Assembly (NCBI RefSeq): GCF_009914755.1
Contig: NC_060926.1
Strand: one strand, 5' to 3'
DNA: 64,000 nucleotides
DNA from: the human T2T-CHM13v2.0 reference genome, Homo sapiens
Shown here: positions 47,739-62,254 of the stretch, piece by piece
How the letters are laid out: each line of letters begins with the position of its first letter
How positions within the stretch are numbered: the first letter of the stretch is position 1
The notes under the pieces: model-generated
Told to the model about the DNA's origin: nothing
Databases searched by the model: none
The model's input: the letters and a program-made list of their open reading frames with translations, nothing else
Made by a program: the position numbers and the translations under genes

Positions 47739-50700
47739 CTGCAAAGGAAGTGGAGAGAGGCTAGATGGCAGTGCCAAGCAATCCAAGAAAATCACCCAAA
47801 TGCCAGTCCTGCCTCCACGTAACTGGAGCATGTGCTGGGAGGAATGATGCCCAAAGCTCTCACGAGTGATAGCCACCACCTGGGCCCATCAAGTCTCTGC
47901 TCAAATGTCACCAGATACCTCCCAGAATAGAGCCATCACCCCCACCATCATTCTGTACCTGCTTTATTTCTCTTCTGGGAACTGACGCCATATGTGGTTT
48001 ATAGCTGGTCTCGCCCGTGCCCGCTAGAACGCAAACCTCCTAGAGGCAGGGGTGTGGTTTTCTGTTGAGTCCACAGTCCCCAGGACAGTTCCAGGCTCAC
48101 AGTAGACATTCAAATACTTGGGGACTCATATCTGAGTGTCTGCTGGGCCAGATTCCGAGTTGGGTGTTCAGGACGTGTGGTTACCTATAACCTTTCTCAA
48201 TCGTGTGACGTCACATTATCATCATCATCCCTGCTTTCCGATGAGAAAACTAAGAATGAGGTTAAATACATTGATGGAGGTTATCCAGATTGAGAAGGGC
48301 ATTCTATCCCAACCTGCATCCTTTCCCTCCCGAGTCTCCTCTAAGTAACCTGAGGTTTTTTCCTTTCCCTCCAGAAGAGAAATGTAAAGTCTATTATGCT
48401 AAGTTTTTTGCAAAGTATTGGCTACATGGTTGGAGAAATGGCCATAAAAACAGAACTGGAGCTACTAGATAGTGACTGCCATCTCCTTTCACACAGCAGC
48501 CCACTGGGGCTCCCAGCTTACATGTGATACTTCTACTTTACCAGAGCTGTCAAAGGCCACATGGGAAGGGAAGGGAATGGCTTAAGGTAGCTTCTAGGGT
48601 CTCCCCGCGAAGGACACCAGCTCCTCCCCTGCCCCAACACACTGGTGGCCCCAAGAGAAGCTCCAGGTCCACGCTGCCCAAGGAGGCCCTGCTGGTAGGT
48701 TTGTGCAGGCCCGTAACCTCCCACGCCAGGCCCGGCTTCCCCTGGGGCAGAGGAAGATTGCCAGGCAGGGATGACCTGAGCAAATCTACTCAGGATCCAA
48801 GGCAGGGATGCAATGGCCGCTCACAGGAATGGAAGATGAACCGCGGACCTGCAAGGGCACCCCAGGGACTGGCCTGGACCCTACAACGCACTTGGTGGCA
48901 CGCCCTTCTCTCCCCTGTGCTCAGGACACCGAGGTTTGGTCGAGGATACCTCATATTCCCCACACCACATCCACCACCCACCTGTAACTGTTCCTGTAAC
49001 AGGAACAAGGGCTGGTTCTTGCGATGTTCCTCCCTCCCTCCTTCCCAGATTGGATTGGATTGCTCCTACTGGGATTAACCCACCTTCCCATCCCCAGTGA
49101 ACTCTTCTTCCACCCCACGCCTCCCCCATCTCCTACTGGCCTTCACAAAACCCGCAGAAGAGTCTGCCTGCTGCCTCCACACTCACACCCCCCTTCTGCC
49201 CGGGTTCCCTCCTCCCCCAGCCCTTCCCAAAGTCAAAGTCATCCTCATCCTGCTACCTGCAGTGGTGACAGGCCCCCTTTTGGTGGGGGTCAATCCCTAG
49301 CCCCACACCCCCCTCCCCAGGCTCCTCCTGTCCCCTTTGCTGGGTCCTCCCCTGCATCCCCACCTGAGTGTCCCAGGCTCTGTCCTCTGAGCTGGCCCTC
49401 TGCCAATCCATGAGCCCTGCTCCCCTCAATTCCCAGCTTTTGTCCTGACCTTTGACCTCAGGCACAGGCTCCTCATGGAAGCATCTCAGACTGACCACAG
49501 CCATGACAAAGCCCTGAGCGCCACCTCGCCCTCCGCTGCATGCTCCGTAGATGGGGCCACCAGCTGCAGAGGCCAAGATTCTAGGAGCCCATCTTCCCTT
49601 ACACCACCAACCTGCCCCTCGAGCCCCTTGCCAGATGTTACCCCCCCCCCCAAATTCATTCTCACTCTCCCCGCTGATCCCTGCTCTGTCCTGGCCACCT
49701 GTGGCCCTCCCTGTACCCCGCCACAGCCAGAGGGACCCTCTGTCGGTGAGCAGCAGCCAGACTCTCCCGCAGGAAAGCCCCCGTCACGGGCTCAAATCCC
49801 ACCAGACCCCTCACATCCAGCCACACAACCCTGCAACAGCCATCCTGCCCTCCCCTCAGGGCCACTGGGCTTGTCACCATCACCCAGGGCCTCCCTCCCA
49901 GCCCTGTCCTCAGCCCTCAGCCCCTAAACTTCCTCCCCTCCACCCACCACTCCCTCCTGCCTCCAGCTAACAGGCGAGCTTTGCCATTTTAACCGCCCCC
50001 CTCCTCTCACTGGAAACCTAAGCTTAAGGACAGGAACTTTGTCTCTCCTTGCAGTATTCGAAGTCCCAGGACAGGGCCTGGCATTCATCAGGGGTGCAAA
50101 TGACCGCTGCATTAACAAGTGACCACACGAAGGAGGAAGTAGGCAGGCAGGCATGGGCCCAGCCTGAGCGCCACCCCTGCCTGGCTCCCGCAGACAGTCA
50201 CCCCAGGAGAAGCAAGCCCAAGCCAGGTGCTGCTCAGAAAAGAGGCAAAAGCGTGAGGTTCCCCAGACAGCCACTAGATGTCTGCTCAGCTCCACCAAGT
50301 CACCCGCTCTGCCAGCCAGCACCAAGGCCGGCCCAGCTTGCTATTCCTGACAGCAGGTCCACCAGGTGTTCCCCGACACCCCACAGCTGAGAGGCTGGTG
50401 GCAGGGGCACATGTTTGCTGCTTCTTCTAGGAGGAGACTCTGCCTTGCCTGGCTCGGCTCACCTTTTGTGATGACAGAGCCTGACTCATTTCAGCTTCAC
50501 TTCTTGAGAGTCTGCCTGAGGATGCTGGATCAAGCACACAGGGACTAGGGACCGAGTCAGTGGCCACCTGCCACTTTGCTCCAAATGTCAGGGCCTTCCC
50601 AATCCGTCATTCCACATGAAGAGCCCTGAGCCCCCAGCCCAGCAGGCAGGCCCTGCCGTCACTCCCCTCTGCAGTGCCAGCCCCACGAGCTTGGCCCTGT

Positions 50701-53700
50701 CCCCACAGTTGCAACCACAGATCCGCTCTAACACAGAAATGTTATCAGTTTAGGAGCATACAATGGCACAAAATGATGGCTGAGGCCATCCTGATTACAG
50801 CTCCACCAGTCTGGCTTTGCCAACTGGATCAGGATCTGTGTAGTTAAAAACATTCATTGTATGCAGAATATTCTAATTTAAAAGTTTCTTGTGTGCTTGA
50901 AAGATCATCATAGATGGGGTATTTGAGAACTGGATATGAGCAGGAGAAAACAGCAGGCTCCTGTTTCAGAGGGGCTTCTAGATTTGCCCCAGCTGTTCCT
51001 GTAGGACTGAAGCTGTGCCCCTCGTCCAGAGCGCTCCCCCAGTGCTCTCTCATGCTCTTCCTCTGATTTGTAGTGTGTGTTTGTTGTACAAAATCACATT
51101 ACCCTAGTACAAAGCAAGCTTCAGCCCAGTCCCAATAGCAACAAACCCATGATGACAACACATCCAAAGCCACAAACCAGATCAGACCAGATTCACTGCA
51201 CCGCACAGGGTGAAGTGGGGAAGTCTGGAATTTCCCCATCATCTCCATCAGCCACACCCTGCTGTCCCTTTCCCTGAAGATCTGCCTCCCAGCTGTAAGG
51301 ACACCCCAGCGACAAGTGAGCTGGCAGCATCAGCCTGGCCCACTTCAGCCTGGCTCCGGGTTGGGACCCAGTTGACAGGGGAAGCCGGCCCTCTCCCACA
51401 AAGGGGATGCTTGGCTCTGCCACAGCCTGGCTGGCAGCCTCAGGGAACCCCCAACGTTCATGACAGCCATGGCTCCCTGAGCCCATCCTGCCCGCCCACC
51501 TTCCAAAGTGAGGAAAGAACAGAGAAGATAATTACAGATCGCTCCCTAGTTCTGCTAATCAATGAATGTAAGAAGCCCAGATCCCAGATAGTACAATTAG
51601 CAGGAGGCTGTAATTACTGCTGCATGTTTTGCCGGCAACACACCCACCTAGCAGGGGATCGAAGGGCCACAGAGCACAGGGCCCCCTGGGAACAGGCTCG
51701 GGGGCGGGGGGCATTGCCTCTGCTCTCTGTCTCTCTCTCTCATTAAACCCACTCAGCCGATTCATCCCCACGCTGACCATTCTATACCTACCCTACCACT
51801 TCCCATACCCTCTCCTTCACCCTATCCGAGCTGCCATCCCCTCCACTCCCCAGGCCTCCCTCTGCTCAGCTCCCAGCTCCCTCGACTCTGCTCCCCACCA
51901 CCAATGACCAGAGGGCTCTGCAGAAAACAGCACTCATGTCACCCTACCTGTTTCAACATTTGGCAAAATATTCCAAATCCCACCCTAGACCTCAAGCCCT
52001 GCCATGCTCTGTCCCCCCACTTCCAAGTAAGGAAGGGACTCCCCCATGCCCCTTCCTCACTCGGACTCCCTCCGCCTGAAGGACGGCTCTTCCCCACTCT
52101 TCACCTGATTATGAGACTGTTTTCACCCAAACTCCCCACTTTTCTTTGTAATGACCTCCTCCCTGGTTCACAAGTATGGTGGAAATACTGCTTACGTGTG
52201 TGATGGATTCATGTGCGCAAACCAGAGTCAGAAGTTGTTTCATTAGAAAAGCAGCCTTATTGTTGTTCTCCTCTGTACACCACATAACATGATGAAAGCC
52301 AGAACAGTGAAGCCTAGACCGAGATCGTGTATCTGGAATATCTATGTTAGGAAACAGCACCAACCAAGTCACAGGGCCAGTGTTCCAAGGAGGGGGGTCA
52401 AGTCCCATGGTCATGGGCAGGGTGGGGCCAGGGACTCTTGCTGGGGCTCTGACTGCTGGATCCACAGCCAGGTGTCCAGCGAATGAGGTTTCCTGTACCC
52501 CAACTGCGGTCAGTGAGGTGGATAAAGATCCCACAGATCTGCGAGCCAGAGGGACTTGACAGCCTGCCTGGGAACCAGCCGAGGAGCTGCCTGCTATGGA
52601 CTCACCACTGGGAGCCCACAAAGCTGTTCAGACCCACACTGCCTACCCCAGGGGCTCCTGCCCTTCCCTCCTGTTCCAGGTGAGGAGACATTGCAGGGCA
52701 GGTGGGCAGCACACACAGCTGAGGGAAGCCGAGGCCAGCCAGGCCTCCACTCTGCATCCCTACAGGGCTGGGCCAGAGTGTGGCCCTCAGAACCACGTAA
52801 AGGGACCTCTAAGGCAGCTGGAGGTCCCAACCCAAACCCCTGGCCAGGGCCCACTCATCCCTCGGCTCTCAGCACAGAACCCACCTGGTGTCCTGGCTAC
52901 ACTCATCCCTAAGGAAAGAAGGGCTCCATGGCCAAGGAAGGCATTTGATTTTGCAGACCACAAAGCAGCAGACTACAAAAATCCCAGTGGGTGAACTCCC
53001 TACCCCAAATCCCAGGTCTGCCCCAGACAGGGAAGGCCATGCAGATGAACCTGGGTCTTGCAGGACAATGTATTAGGGTCAACTTGACGCAAGCTGGCTA
53101 TAATTCTACGATGTCTCAGTGGGTGACGGAGACCCCAGAAGCCCAGGCTGTGGCCTCAGTATGCTGTGTCATTCTCAGGAGGCTGAACTGCAAGTTCTTT
53201 AGATCCGGCTGTGCTAGAAAGACCTGTGTATTTATAGCAGAGGGGTTGCTTGGCTGAGTTGCAACCACGTTTTGGGGATCAGGGCAGGATGCCTCACAGC
53301 AATAAGGCAGAAACTGGAAAGGGAGGCTCAGCTTTGGAGCTGGTTTCCCCAGCCAGTGCGGCACCTAACAGAGTGTAAAACCCCGCTGATCCGGTGTTAC
53401 TGCAACTTCACGCTCCAACAGCATCAAACCCAGGACCTGACGGCAGCAGGATCCCGACTTCTCCCAGCCTGGCAGGAGGCAGCAACCCAGGGCTTCATCT
53501 GGAGCTTGAGGAAGGGGGTCCTGCCTGCCTGTTGCACATGAGGGGCCTTAGCACTGCTGAAAGCTGCACAGGAAAGAGGCAGTCTTAACCCAGGCAGTCA
53601 AGGTAGTCAATCCTCTCGCCATTTTAAACTGCTTTTACCATCTAAGTAGGTTTGGTTTCATATGAACTAAAGGCTTCCTCAACCCCAGGAGCAAGGTGGC

Positions 53701-53864
53701 ATCTCACAAGGGCAGAAACCAACAGCAGGCCCTGCTGGTCGGGGCGACTTTAGGAAGGACTCTGAGCTGCTGGTCACATGGCATGCAGGAGTGCTGGACA
53801 CAGCAGGGGCCACCTTCCCTGGGGAGATGCTGTACTTGGCCCCTGGGGCAGGCACAGGGGCAGC

Positions 53865-54010
53865 ACCAAACTTCAGTGTGCACCACATAGTCTTGGGGGG
53901 CTGGCATAAAACATCAGTTCCCGGGCCCCAATTCAATCCCCTGGAGTCAGAATCTTCGGGGTGGGCCCAGGAATCTGTTTTCAGCAAACACCCCAAGCAA
54001 TTTCAGTGCT
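53865..54010. mobile_element. MER5-like hAT fossil
   Basis: gtcagaatcttcggggtgggcccaggaatctgttttcagcaaacacccca resembles MER5A. Confidence 0.55.
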
Positions 54011-54637
54011 GCCAGCCTGGTAGTGGTCAACTGATGAGTATCTGGGGTCTGGGATTTTGCAGTCAGGATGTCAGGTCCTGTAACCCCCAACATCTTCAGG
54101 CCTGTTCAAAGGAACCCCACGCACATCCATGCACACGGGTGATGCTCTTCCGAGGGTAGCCATGGGTGAAAAGCTGGGGGCGTCCTCTTGCCTTCCCAAG
54201 AGACCGTGTTGCAGACCCAGGAGGAGGAGTGGGAGCAGGCGGTGGGCACAGGGACTCCTGGCTCCCCAACAAGGACAACCAGCCCACACCCCCACCCTCA
54301 CCCCCTAGAACTGCCGACACATCTGCCAACAGTCCCGCCACCTGTCGACAGTCCCACCACCTCTGCAGATGGATTCTTGGGCCAGAGCTCTGTCCCAGGG
54401 TGGAAACGTCACTTTGGCTTCCCATGTCCCTGCCCACTGTGCAAAGCTCAGCTCTGCACCCAGCAGGTCAACATCGGCTAAGACAAGGAGCCCATGCCAT
54501 GTCACCATGCTCCGTCCTGCGGGTGAGAAGGGCCCCACAACTGTCACTGTCACCATGCATGTCTGCACTCCACACTTCACACACAAAAGAGCCTTGAGAG
54601 TTTTGGACAAGGAAGTATTTCTTAAAAAAATAATCTA

Positions 54638-54787
54638 CCCGGGCACGGTGGCTCACACCTGTAATCCCAGCACTTTGGGAGGCCGAGGTGGGAGGACTGC
54701 CTGAGCTCAGGAGTTTGAGACCAGCCTGGGCAACAACATGGTGAGTCCGCATCTTTAAAAAAAAAAAAAACAAAAACAAAACAAAAA
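54638..54787 (+). mobile_element. Alu left monomer (FLAM-like) with A-rich tail
   Basis: ccgggcacggtggctcacacctgtaatcccagcactttggg...; no right arm. Confidence 0.88.
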
Positions 54788-54881
54788 TATATATATATAC
54801 ACACACACATACACACACACGTGTGTATAACATAAAACATGTTTGTGTGTACATATATACATATACAGACACATATATATA
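54787..54881. repeat. Compound (TA)n(CA)n microsatellite adjoining the Alu tail
   Basis: Seen directly. Confidence 0.85.
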
Positions 54882-55680
54882 AACTTTTTAAAAAAGAATC
54901 CACATATTTCTGCTCTATTTTGTGCAGATGCACCCACCAACCCACCAACCCACAAGACTTTTGCCCTTTGACGTGACCCCTGGGCTCCGCACATGCCCAG
55001 GAATAAATCAAAGCAACATGTCCAGGAGGCACTGCTTGTCAAGTTTCTTGTCTACACATCAGTGATATCAGCGAGTCTGGGGCCTGAAACGTACTTTTCC
55101 TGCACTCACACACCCCTCTCTGTCATCCCAAAGGTCATAAAGAAAGTTCCTCCTGTCCCACAGGGACACACACAGACTTTTCTAGCTGGTTGAGATTCTA
55201 AGCAGAGAACACACAGGTCATTTCCCCAGAGCAGACACCTGGTAACTGCAACCTGAACTCCCAGGTGAGTGTCCCACTAGCTGGAAGGAAAAACAAGCAT
55301 GGAGAATTCACAAAGGAAACATTTATAGAATCCAGAAAAGGCATTTACTTTTTATGGGGAGCAATGCACATAAAACCCAAGACTCCAGGAAGCCCTTTGT
55401 GCTTCATGATTAAGAGGCTGGGGAGCCCCAAGCCTCCCTGCTAGGAGGTCAGAGTGGAGGTGATTTATGAAGAGTTTATTGAATTCCCAGGGCACAGGAT
55501 ATCTGCCCTGATATGGGAGCTCTGAGAATCATTAAACAACTTGAGGCGGGTAGGAGAGTGAGAAATGGATTCCAAATTATTGAGTTCTCCAGCAAGGGAA
55601 ACAACTAAAAGAGACCCAAACAGCATCTTCCTCCACTGTGAGCCCAGCCCCCAGAGATTAGGCACCCTGGCCTTACTCAC

Positions 55681-55792
55681 CATCTGTTATGAGTGCTCTA
55701 CTGGTCAGAACCTTCCCCAGCATGAACTTCAACACGGCCAGGATGCTGCAAAGAATCCCACTTAAAATGGAGACACTGAACAGGAAATCGTC
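55681..55792 (-). CDS. TMEM163: TMEM163 exon (3rd from last), 112 bp, phase 0/1
   Basis: - strand actttctcttgcAG acceptor, GTgagt donor; DDFLFSVSILSGILCSILAVLKFMLGKVLTSRALITD(G); upstream exons lie beyond the window. Confidence 0.97.
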
Positions 55793-56769
55793 CTGCAAGA
55801 GAAAGTTCCAGATTTCAACAGTTCACCTCCTGCTGGAGCAGATCATCTGCAACCCACTTGCCTTACAGATCAGCCTTGTTCCAAGTACAAATAGTCAGGT
55901 GTGCTGCCACCAGGTGGGGGTATACTGCATGCTTTCACACCTCAGTTATGTGTCACCAGGAATTGGAAAAGATGCTCAAAAACAGATAATCCCAATTTAT
56001 ATTTACTTAAAAAACCATTACGTATTTATTTTCCTGTAGGAGATTGACCTCCCCACTATTCTGCTAAAATGAGTAGCAGTCATAGATCAATAACAGAGTT
56101 GGTCAGAATGCTAAGAACAGCATCTTCTATATAGAATTTTCCACAGATAACTCACCAAGCAGTTGACTGAGAATTTTGGAACACGTAAACACACCACCAG
56201 CCTAACAATCCTTCAACAGAGCCAACTGAATTTGCCACAGGGTCAGTTAGGGCCAGAGCTACTTAAAACCATATTTTTTCCCCTTAAATTCACACAGGGC
56301 AATTGAGAGTTCATAGACATGGGTAGAGAAAATAGCATCTAAAAATATTGTCTGCTACTGACGTTATCTTAACACTTCCTCTAAGTTGTTACCTTACCTT
56401 CGCAAGCAAACAAGTGAGTCCCATATGCAATAAGTAAGCACCACTATTCTCCTGACATTGGGGCCCATCCAGCTCTTCTGCTTCAAGCTCCCATGTGTCA
56501 CCCCCAAGAGACACAGCCTTCAGATTTCCCAATATTAAAATGCAACGGCCAGCAGAACTCTGATGCAGCATCATAAATAGGCAAAGAAATCGGCTTCTCC
56601 CTATGCATTTTATTAATCAAATTCACAAACCTCATGTCAGAACCTGGGAAGAGGGAGACAGCCTGCATCATGTTCAAAACTGAACAAAGCCATTTGAAAA
56701 GCAACTTCACTGGAAACAGGGTATCTGTATAGGGTCAAAGCATCTCTCCGAAAACATGGGTCAATGACG

Positions 56770-57475
56770 GTGGTGGTTTTGGCAACCTATGTTCACAAAT
56801 TCTTTGCTACTCCATCCTCCAAGAGTTGGAGATTAATCTCCCCACCCCATCCCCTGCCCTTGAGTTTGGGCTGGACTTAGCAGACTCAAATCTAACACAG
56901 AGTAGAGAAAGGGAAAAACAGTAGCTTACCAATGGAGAAACCAAGCAGACACCACCTTAGCCAAGTGATCAAGGTTCACATCACCATTATTAAGTTGTGT
57001 TGGTAACATGTGGCCCCTGATACGATGTGACAAGAAGGGCACTTTACCTCCACGGTGTTCCATCCCCAAATCCATAACCTCATTTTAACTGCGAAACAAC
57101 ATCAAACAAACCCAAACGGAGGGACCGTCTACAAAATACCCGACTCCTCACGTGTCAAGGTCATGAAACATGAGGAACGACCGAGAGACTGTCACACACT
57201 GGAGACTTAAGGAGATGTGACAAGTAAATGCAGCATGGCATCCAGACTGGATCCTGGAACACAAAAAGGTCATCAGTGGGAAAACCGGGGACATGAGAAG
57301 AAAGTCTAGGGTTTCGTGAATAGTGCTGTCATCTCATGGTAGAGATTAATTTGCCGTGGCTGTGTGCGATGTTAACAGTAGGTCAGGCTGGATGGAGGGG
57401 ATATGGGCACTCTCTGTACTATCTGTAAAACTCTTCTATTAATCTAAAATTATTTCACATTTAAAAGCTTATTTA
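56770..57475 (+). mobile_element. L1MC/MD-like 3' end
   Basis: caccttagccaagtgatcaaggtt...ctggatcctggaacacaaaaagg...ctctctgtactatct...aatctaaaattatttca. Confidence 0.75.
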
Positions 57476-57690
57476 AAGTAATCACCTCACGGAAGTTTTA
57501 CCTCCTCAAATGACCAGTAAGGACCGTCCCAAACCAGGCCTCTTGACAACTCTTCAGTCCCTCCTATGCAGAGGTTACACAGCAGGGGACACAGTGGGAG
57601 GGGGTCAGGAGCCCCACATGGAAGCTCTCTTTGTGCAGGACTCAGCCTAAGTCCAGGAGACAGCACCCACAGAAAATAAGGTGAACATGA

Positions 57691-58050
57691 TGCTACAATC
57701 TGAGTATGTGTCCCTCCAAAATTCACACATGGAAACCTAATTGCCAGGGTGACGGTATGAGGAGGTGGGGCCTCTGGGAGGTGATTAGGCTGCAAGGACA
57801 GAGCCCTCACTAATGGAATGAGTGCCCTTATAAAAGAGGCCCCATAGTGCCAGCTTGCCCCCTCCGCATGTGAGGACACAGGAAGAAGCCACCATCTCAT
57901 GAACCAGGAAAAGGGGCCCCACCAGGCACTGAATCTGCTGGCACCTTGTCTTGGACTCCCAGCCTCCAGAACTGTGAGATGGAAGTGTCTGTGGTTTATA
58001 AGCCACCCAGTCTGTGGTGTTTTGTTATAACAGCTAGAACTGACTAAGAC
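57691..58050 (+). mobile_element. MLT1A/MST-like MaLR solo LTR
   Basis: tg...gtccctccaaaattca...gcccttataaaagag...ttggactcccagcctccagaactgtgag...gactaagaca. Confidence 0.88.
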
Positions 58051-59635
58051 ACATGACCAAAGAATTGCATGTCAACAGCCCCAGGTGCTAACAGGACTCA
58101 GGAAGCATAGGCTGGGAGACTGAGGCAGTCAGGAAATTCAAGAACTTTGAGGTCTCAGATTTGGAGACTGAATACTCACTTTGCTTATCCCATGATGCCT
58201 GAATCCCCTTTGGCTCCATTCAGTCGCTGTTTGCAAAGCCCTCCTCCCTAAGTTTCCAGCGGTAGAGAAAATCTGTGCTTACCCCATCTAGGCCCCTAGG
58301 GCACAGGGCCTGGGGTGTGCTGCCCCACCCTGAGATGCAGCTCAAGAAACGCCACCCATGGCTTTGGTGGCCCTTCCTCCAGCTCCTAAAGGGAGCTGCA
58401 GACCCAGGGCTCGGCCGACCCAGTGGCAGTCGTGTGCCAGGCAGGCCTTTGCTCAACTCTAAACTCCATGGCTTACTGGGAAACAAACACTTGGATCTCT
58501 GTAAGCGGCAGTGGGATGCCTACAGCCCCTGGCAGCAGCTGGCAGTAAAAGGTACGAGTTGTTGTGAAGGGGCCCAAACACATGATCCACACACAAACGT
58601 CCTCCACCTGCCAGCCGCATCGGGTGCTCACGGTGAGCCCCAGACAAGCCTAGTCAGCATTCTCGTAAGAGAGACACAGGAAGCTTGTCACCGAGAAATA
58701 AGTATGCATGGTGAAACATAAAGAAACTTCAACTTCCAAGAGACCAGGACTGAGCTCCACCGCGGCCTATCCAGGGGCTGTGCGGGAAGTTTCCTGTACC
58801 TGGGAGGCTTCATCTCGGGGGAGCTCTCGATGGACCGGAGGGCCCCGAGGTCCAGCTCCTGGAGGACTCGGGTGGGCTTCCTGGAGCGAAAAAGTAGAAG
58901 CACTGGGTGGCAGCTTCAAAAGCACTGAAGCGGGAGTCCCACTTACTAGCTGTGTGACTCTGGGCAGGTCACTTAACCCCTCCCTCCCTCCACTGTCCTA
59001 CCTATAAAGTGGAAAAAAATAACAGACTCCCTCACGGTGGCTGCATATACTGCGTGCACAGAGCTCAACTGGAACTACGTTGCCCAGAATTTCCTTCCTA
59101 CGTGGTTCCCAGTTGAAGCTGACTCCCAGAGACATCTGCATGAGTGAAAGGTGGAGGTGAAGCGGCTCCGGTGCTGCCGCAGCTCAGCCAGGCACATTCT
59201 GTGGCTCCACGGGCTCGCCCAGGGGAGAGAGGGGCAGCACCGAGCCCATGGATTCTCCGCTCCTGCTGCATCTCCCCGCTCCAGCTTCGCTGAGTCATAA
59301 GCCAGGCGTGCATATAGCTCTGTGGCAAAGGCGCCAGCTTCTTCTGCAGGATGCCCAATGTCATGGAGGCTGAGACAGTGAGGGTCACGTACAGGTCCAG
59401 GCCATCTTCATGGGCGCCAGTTTGTCCTTGCGCCTTTCTGTTTGCCCAGCCTTCTTTCCTGACTGCACGGCTGCTGACTTCAGACCAACACCACACTCAG
59501 AGGCAACCGCTTTACCAGGACGTCGGCACCAGCAACCACCATGTGGAAAGTCGCACCCCTGCCACAAACCCCTATTCTGCATCACTTAGAGGGGTTTGCT
59601 TCCCTGCCTGAACCCTACCATAAAACTTCATACGA

Positions 59636-59936
<301 letters not shown>

Positions 59937-60410
59937 TCATACGGATGTGTCATGGGGTCAAACAGGGCCCGGCACAGAGTGAATGCTATATTAGTATTGG
60001 GAAGCTAAGTTTTTTAATGTAGAGAAGCCAAGATGCAAAATGCAGGCTTCTTCTGAGCATGGGTTATTTCTACCAGCCACCCTTTGCTCCTAGGACTGGC
60101 TCTGAGAGAGCAATTACCTTTCCCTGTAGAGGAACAGAGTCTGGGGCCATCTCTGAGTGTCACGCAAAGCTGCAGGCTGCAGCTCACCACTGCTGAGTGG
60201 ATCTGCCTCAGAAACAGATGAACCCTGCGGAGGAACCCAAGGAGGATCCAGGCTGGCACAGACCTGCCAAAGCTCCTCTCCCAAAACCAGCTTTCAATGT
60301 CCTGAAAGCTCTGTGATTACCCTACCCAGGCCCAGATGGCTCTCCTGCGGTGCACGTGCTCCTCTCTCCACACGGCTGCCATGTTGACTGTTGGCATGAA
60401 CAGAATGTCA

Positions 60411-60749
<339 letters not shown>

Positions 60750-60763
60750 AAGACATCAGTCCC

Positions 60764-61152
60764 TGTTATGGACTAGATGTCTGTGTTCCTACAAAATTCA
60801 TATGTTGAAGCCCTAACCCCAATGTGATAGTATTTGGAGAGGGGGCCTTTGAAAGATAATTAGGGTTAGATTAGGTCATAGGGGGACCTCATAATGAGAC
60901 TAGTACCCTTATAAGAAAACAGAAGATCTTTTTCCCCACCACCGACGTGCACCAAGGAAAGGCCACATGAGGACACATGAGGACACAGTGAGAAGGCAGC
61001 CATCTGTAACCCAAGGAAGGATCCCTCACCAGATGCTGACTCTGCTGGCACATTCATTGTGGACTTCAGTCTCCAGAACTGTGAAGATGAAATTCCTGTT
61101 TTTTAAGCCACCTAGTCTACGACATTTGTCTTTGGCACCCCAAGCTAAGACA
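60764..61152 (+). mobile_element. MLT1A/B-like MaLR solo LTR
   Basis: tgttatggact...aaaattcatatgttgaagccctaacccc...ggacttcagtctccagaactgtga...gctaagaca. Confidence 0.88.
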
Positions 61153-61689
61153 GTCTCTAAGTTTAATAAAAGGAAGTTTCTGAGAAGATTCCTTTCAGAG
61201 AGTCAGGAAGCCACAGCAGACATGGAGACATGGCTGATGATGAGAAACCATAACACGTGTAGGCTGTTCCACCACTGACTCCTCTCAAGGTGCGGCCGCA
61301 CCTACCATGCCACTGAATTCTCAGCACTGTCAGAGTGGGCGTCTGACAGATGCATAAACAGTTGGAGAGAGGCTAAATGACTTTCCCAGGGTCACTCTGC
61401 AGTGGCAGGACCTGGAATTGTTCCCAGCTGTAAACTCTACCAGGTTGCCTCATCTAAGGCCTTATCATCATCTCTCATGTCCCTCAACAGTGGACTCCGT
61501 GAAAACAGCAACAGCGATTTCCTTGCTGGGCATTCAGTTCCTGCTGTTACCAGCACTGTGTCTCTATAATTTCTCACAGTTGAATCTTCACTGATTGATG
61601 GAAGATTATGACAAAAAGGTTTAAGGAAATTAGCCACTCATTCAAAGCCAAGTATAAATGTACATTAAAGGTAAACTCCACATAAATTT

Positions 61690-62250
61690 TGTCCATGCTG
61701 GCAAGCTCCTTCAACATCTTGTAGTAGCAAAGCCATAAAAGATTGATATACTTGACTAGAGAGAAGTTAAGACATATTCAGGGGAAAGATCAAATACAAA
61801 CTAGGAAAAGGGTTATCACAAAGGGTTAATCTCCTTACTATAGAAAGGGCTCATGGAAATCTAGAGGAAAAAGACCAACAAAGAGAAAATGGACAAAGAT
61901 ATATGTGAGAGACAGTTAAAAATAACATAAATTTTAAACATATGAAAAAGGCTCAAATGCTCATAAAAGAAATGAAAGCCAAAACTATAGTAAGATCCTT
62001 TTTATCTAACCAAAAATATTACAAGGCTATGAGAAAACAGTCTCTCATACAATTCTGGTGGCAGTGCAAAATGGTCCAACCTGTACAGAGAACAATTTGA
62101 CAATTTCTCTGAAAAGTACACATCTACCCTTTGAGCAAGCCACCCACTTATGTGAATTTATCTTACTGCTATACCTGTACATGTATGCAAATGACGGCAC
62201 ATATGGGCCATTCATTACAGCAATGAAAACACTTTTACATAACTGATAGA
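61690..62250 (+). mobile_element. Highly diverged L1ME-like ORF2-end fragment
   Basis: caaagggttaat...gaaaatggacaaagatat...aaacatatgaaaa...ctcatacaattctggtggcagtgcaaaatggt. Confidence 0.6.
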
Positions 62251-62254
62251 ACAA

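Noticed and set aside
48524-52994. Several 130-184 aa ORFs (48524-49078, 49475-49927, 51210-51746, 52109-52621)
   Set aside because: Pro/Ser/Gly-rich translations of GC-rich intron, overlapping in multiple frames, often non-ATG starts, no recognisable domain
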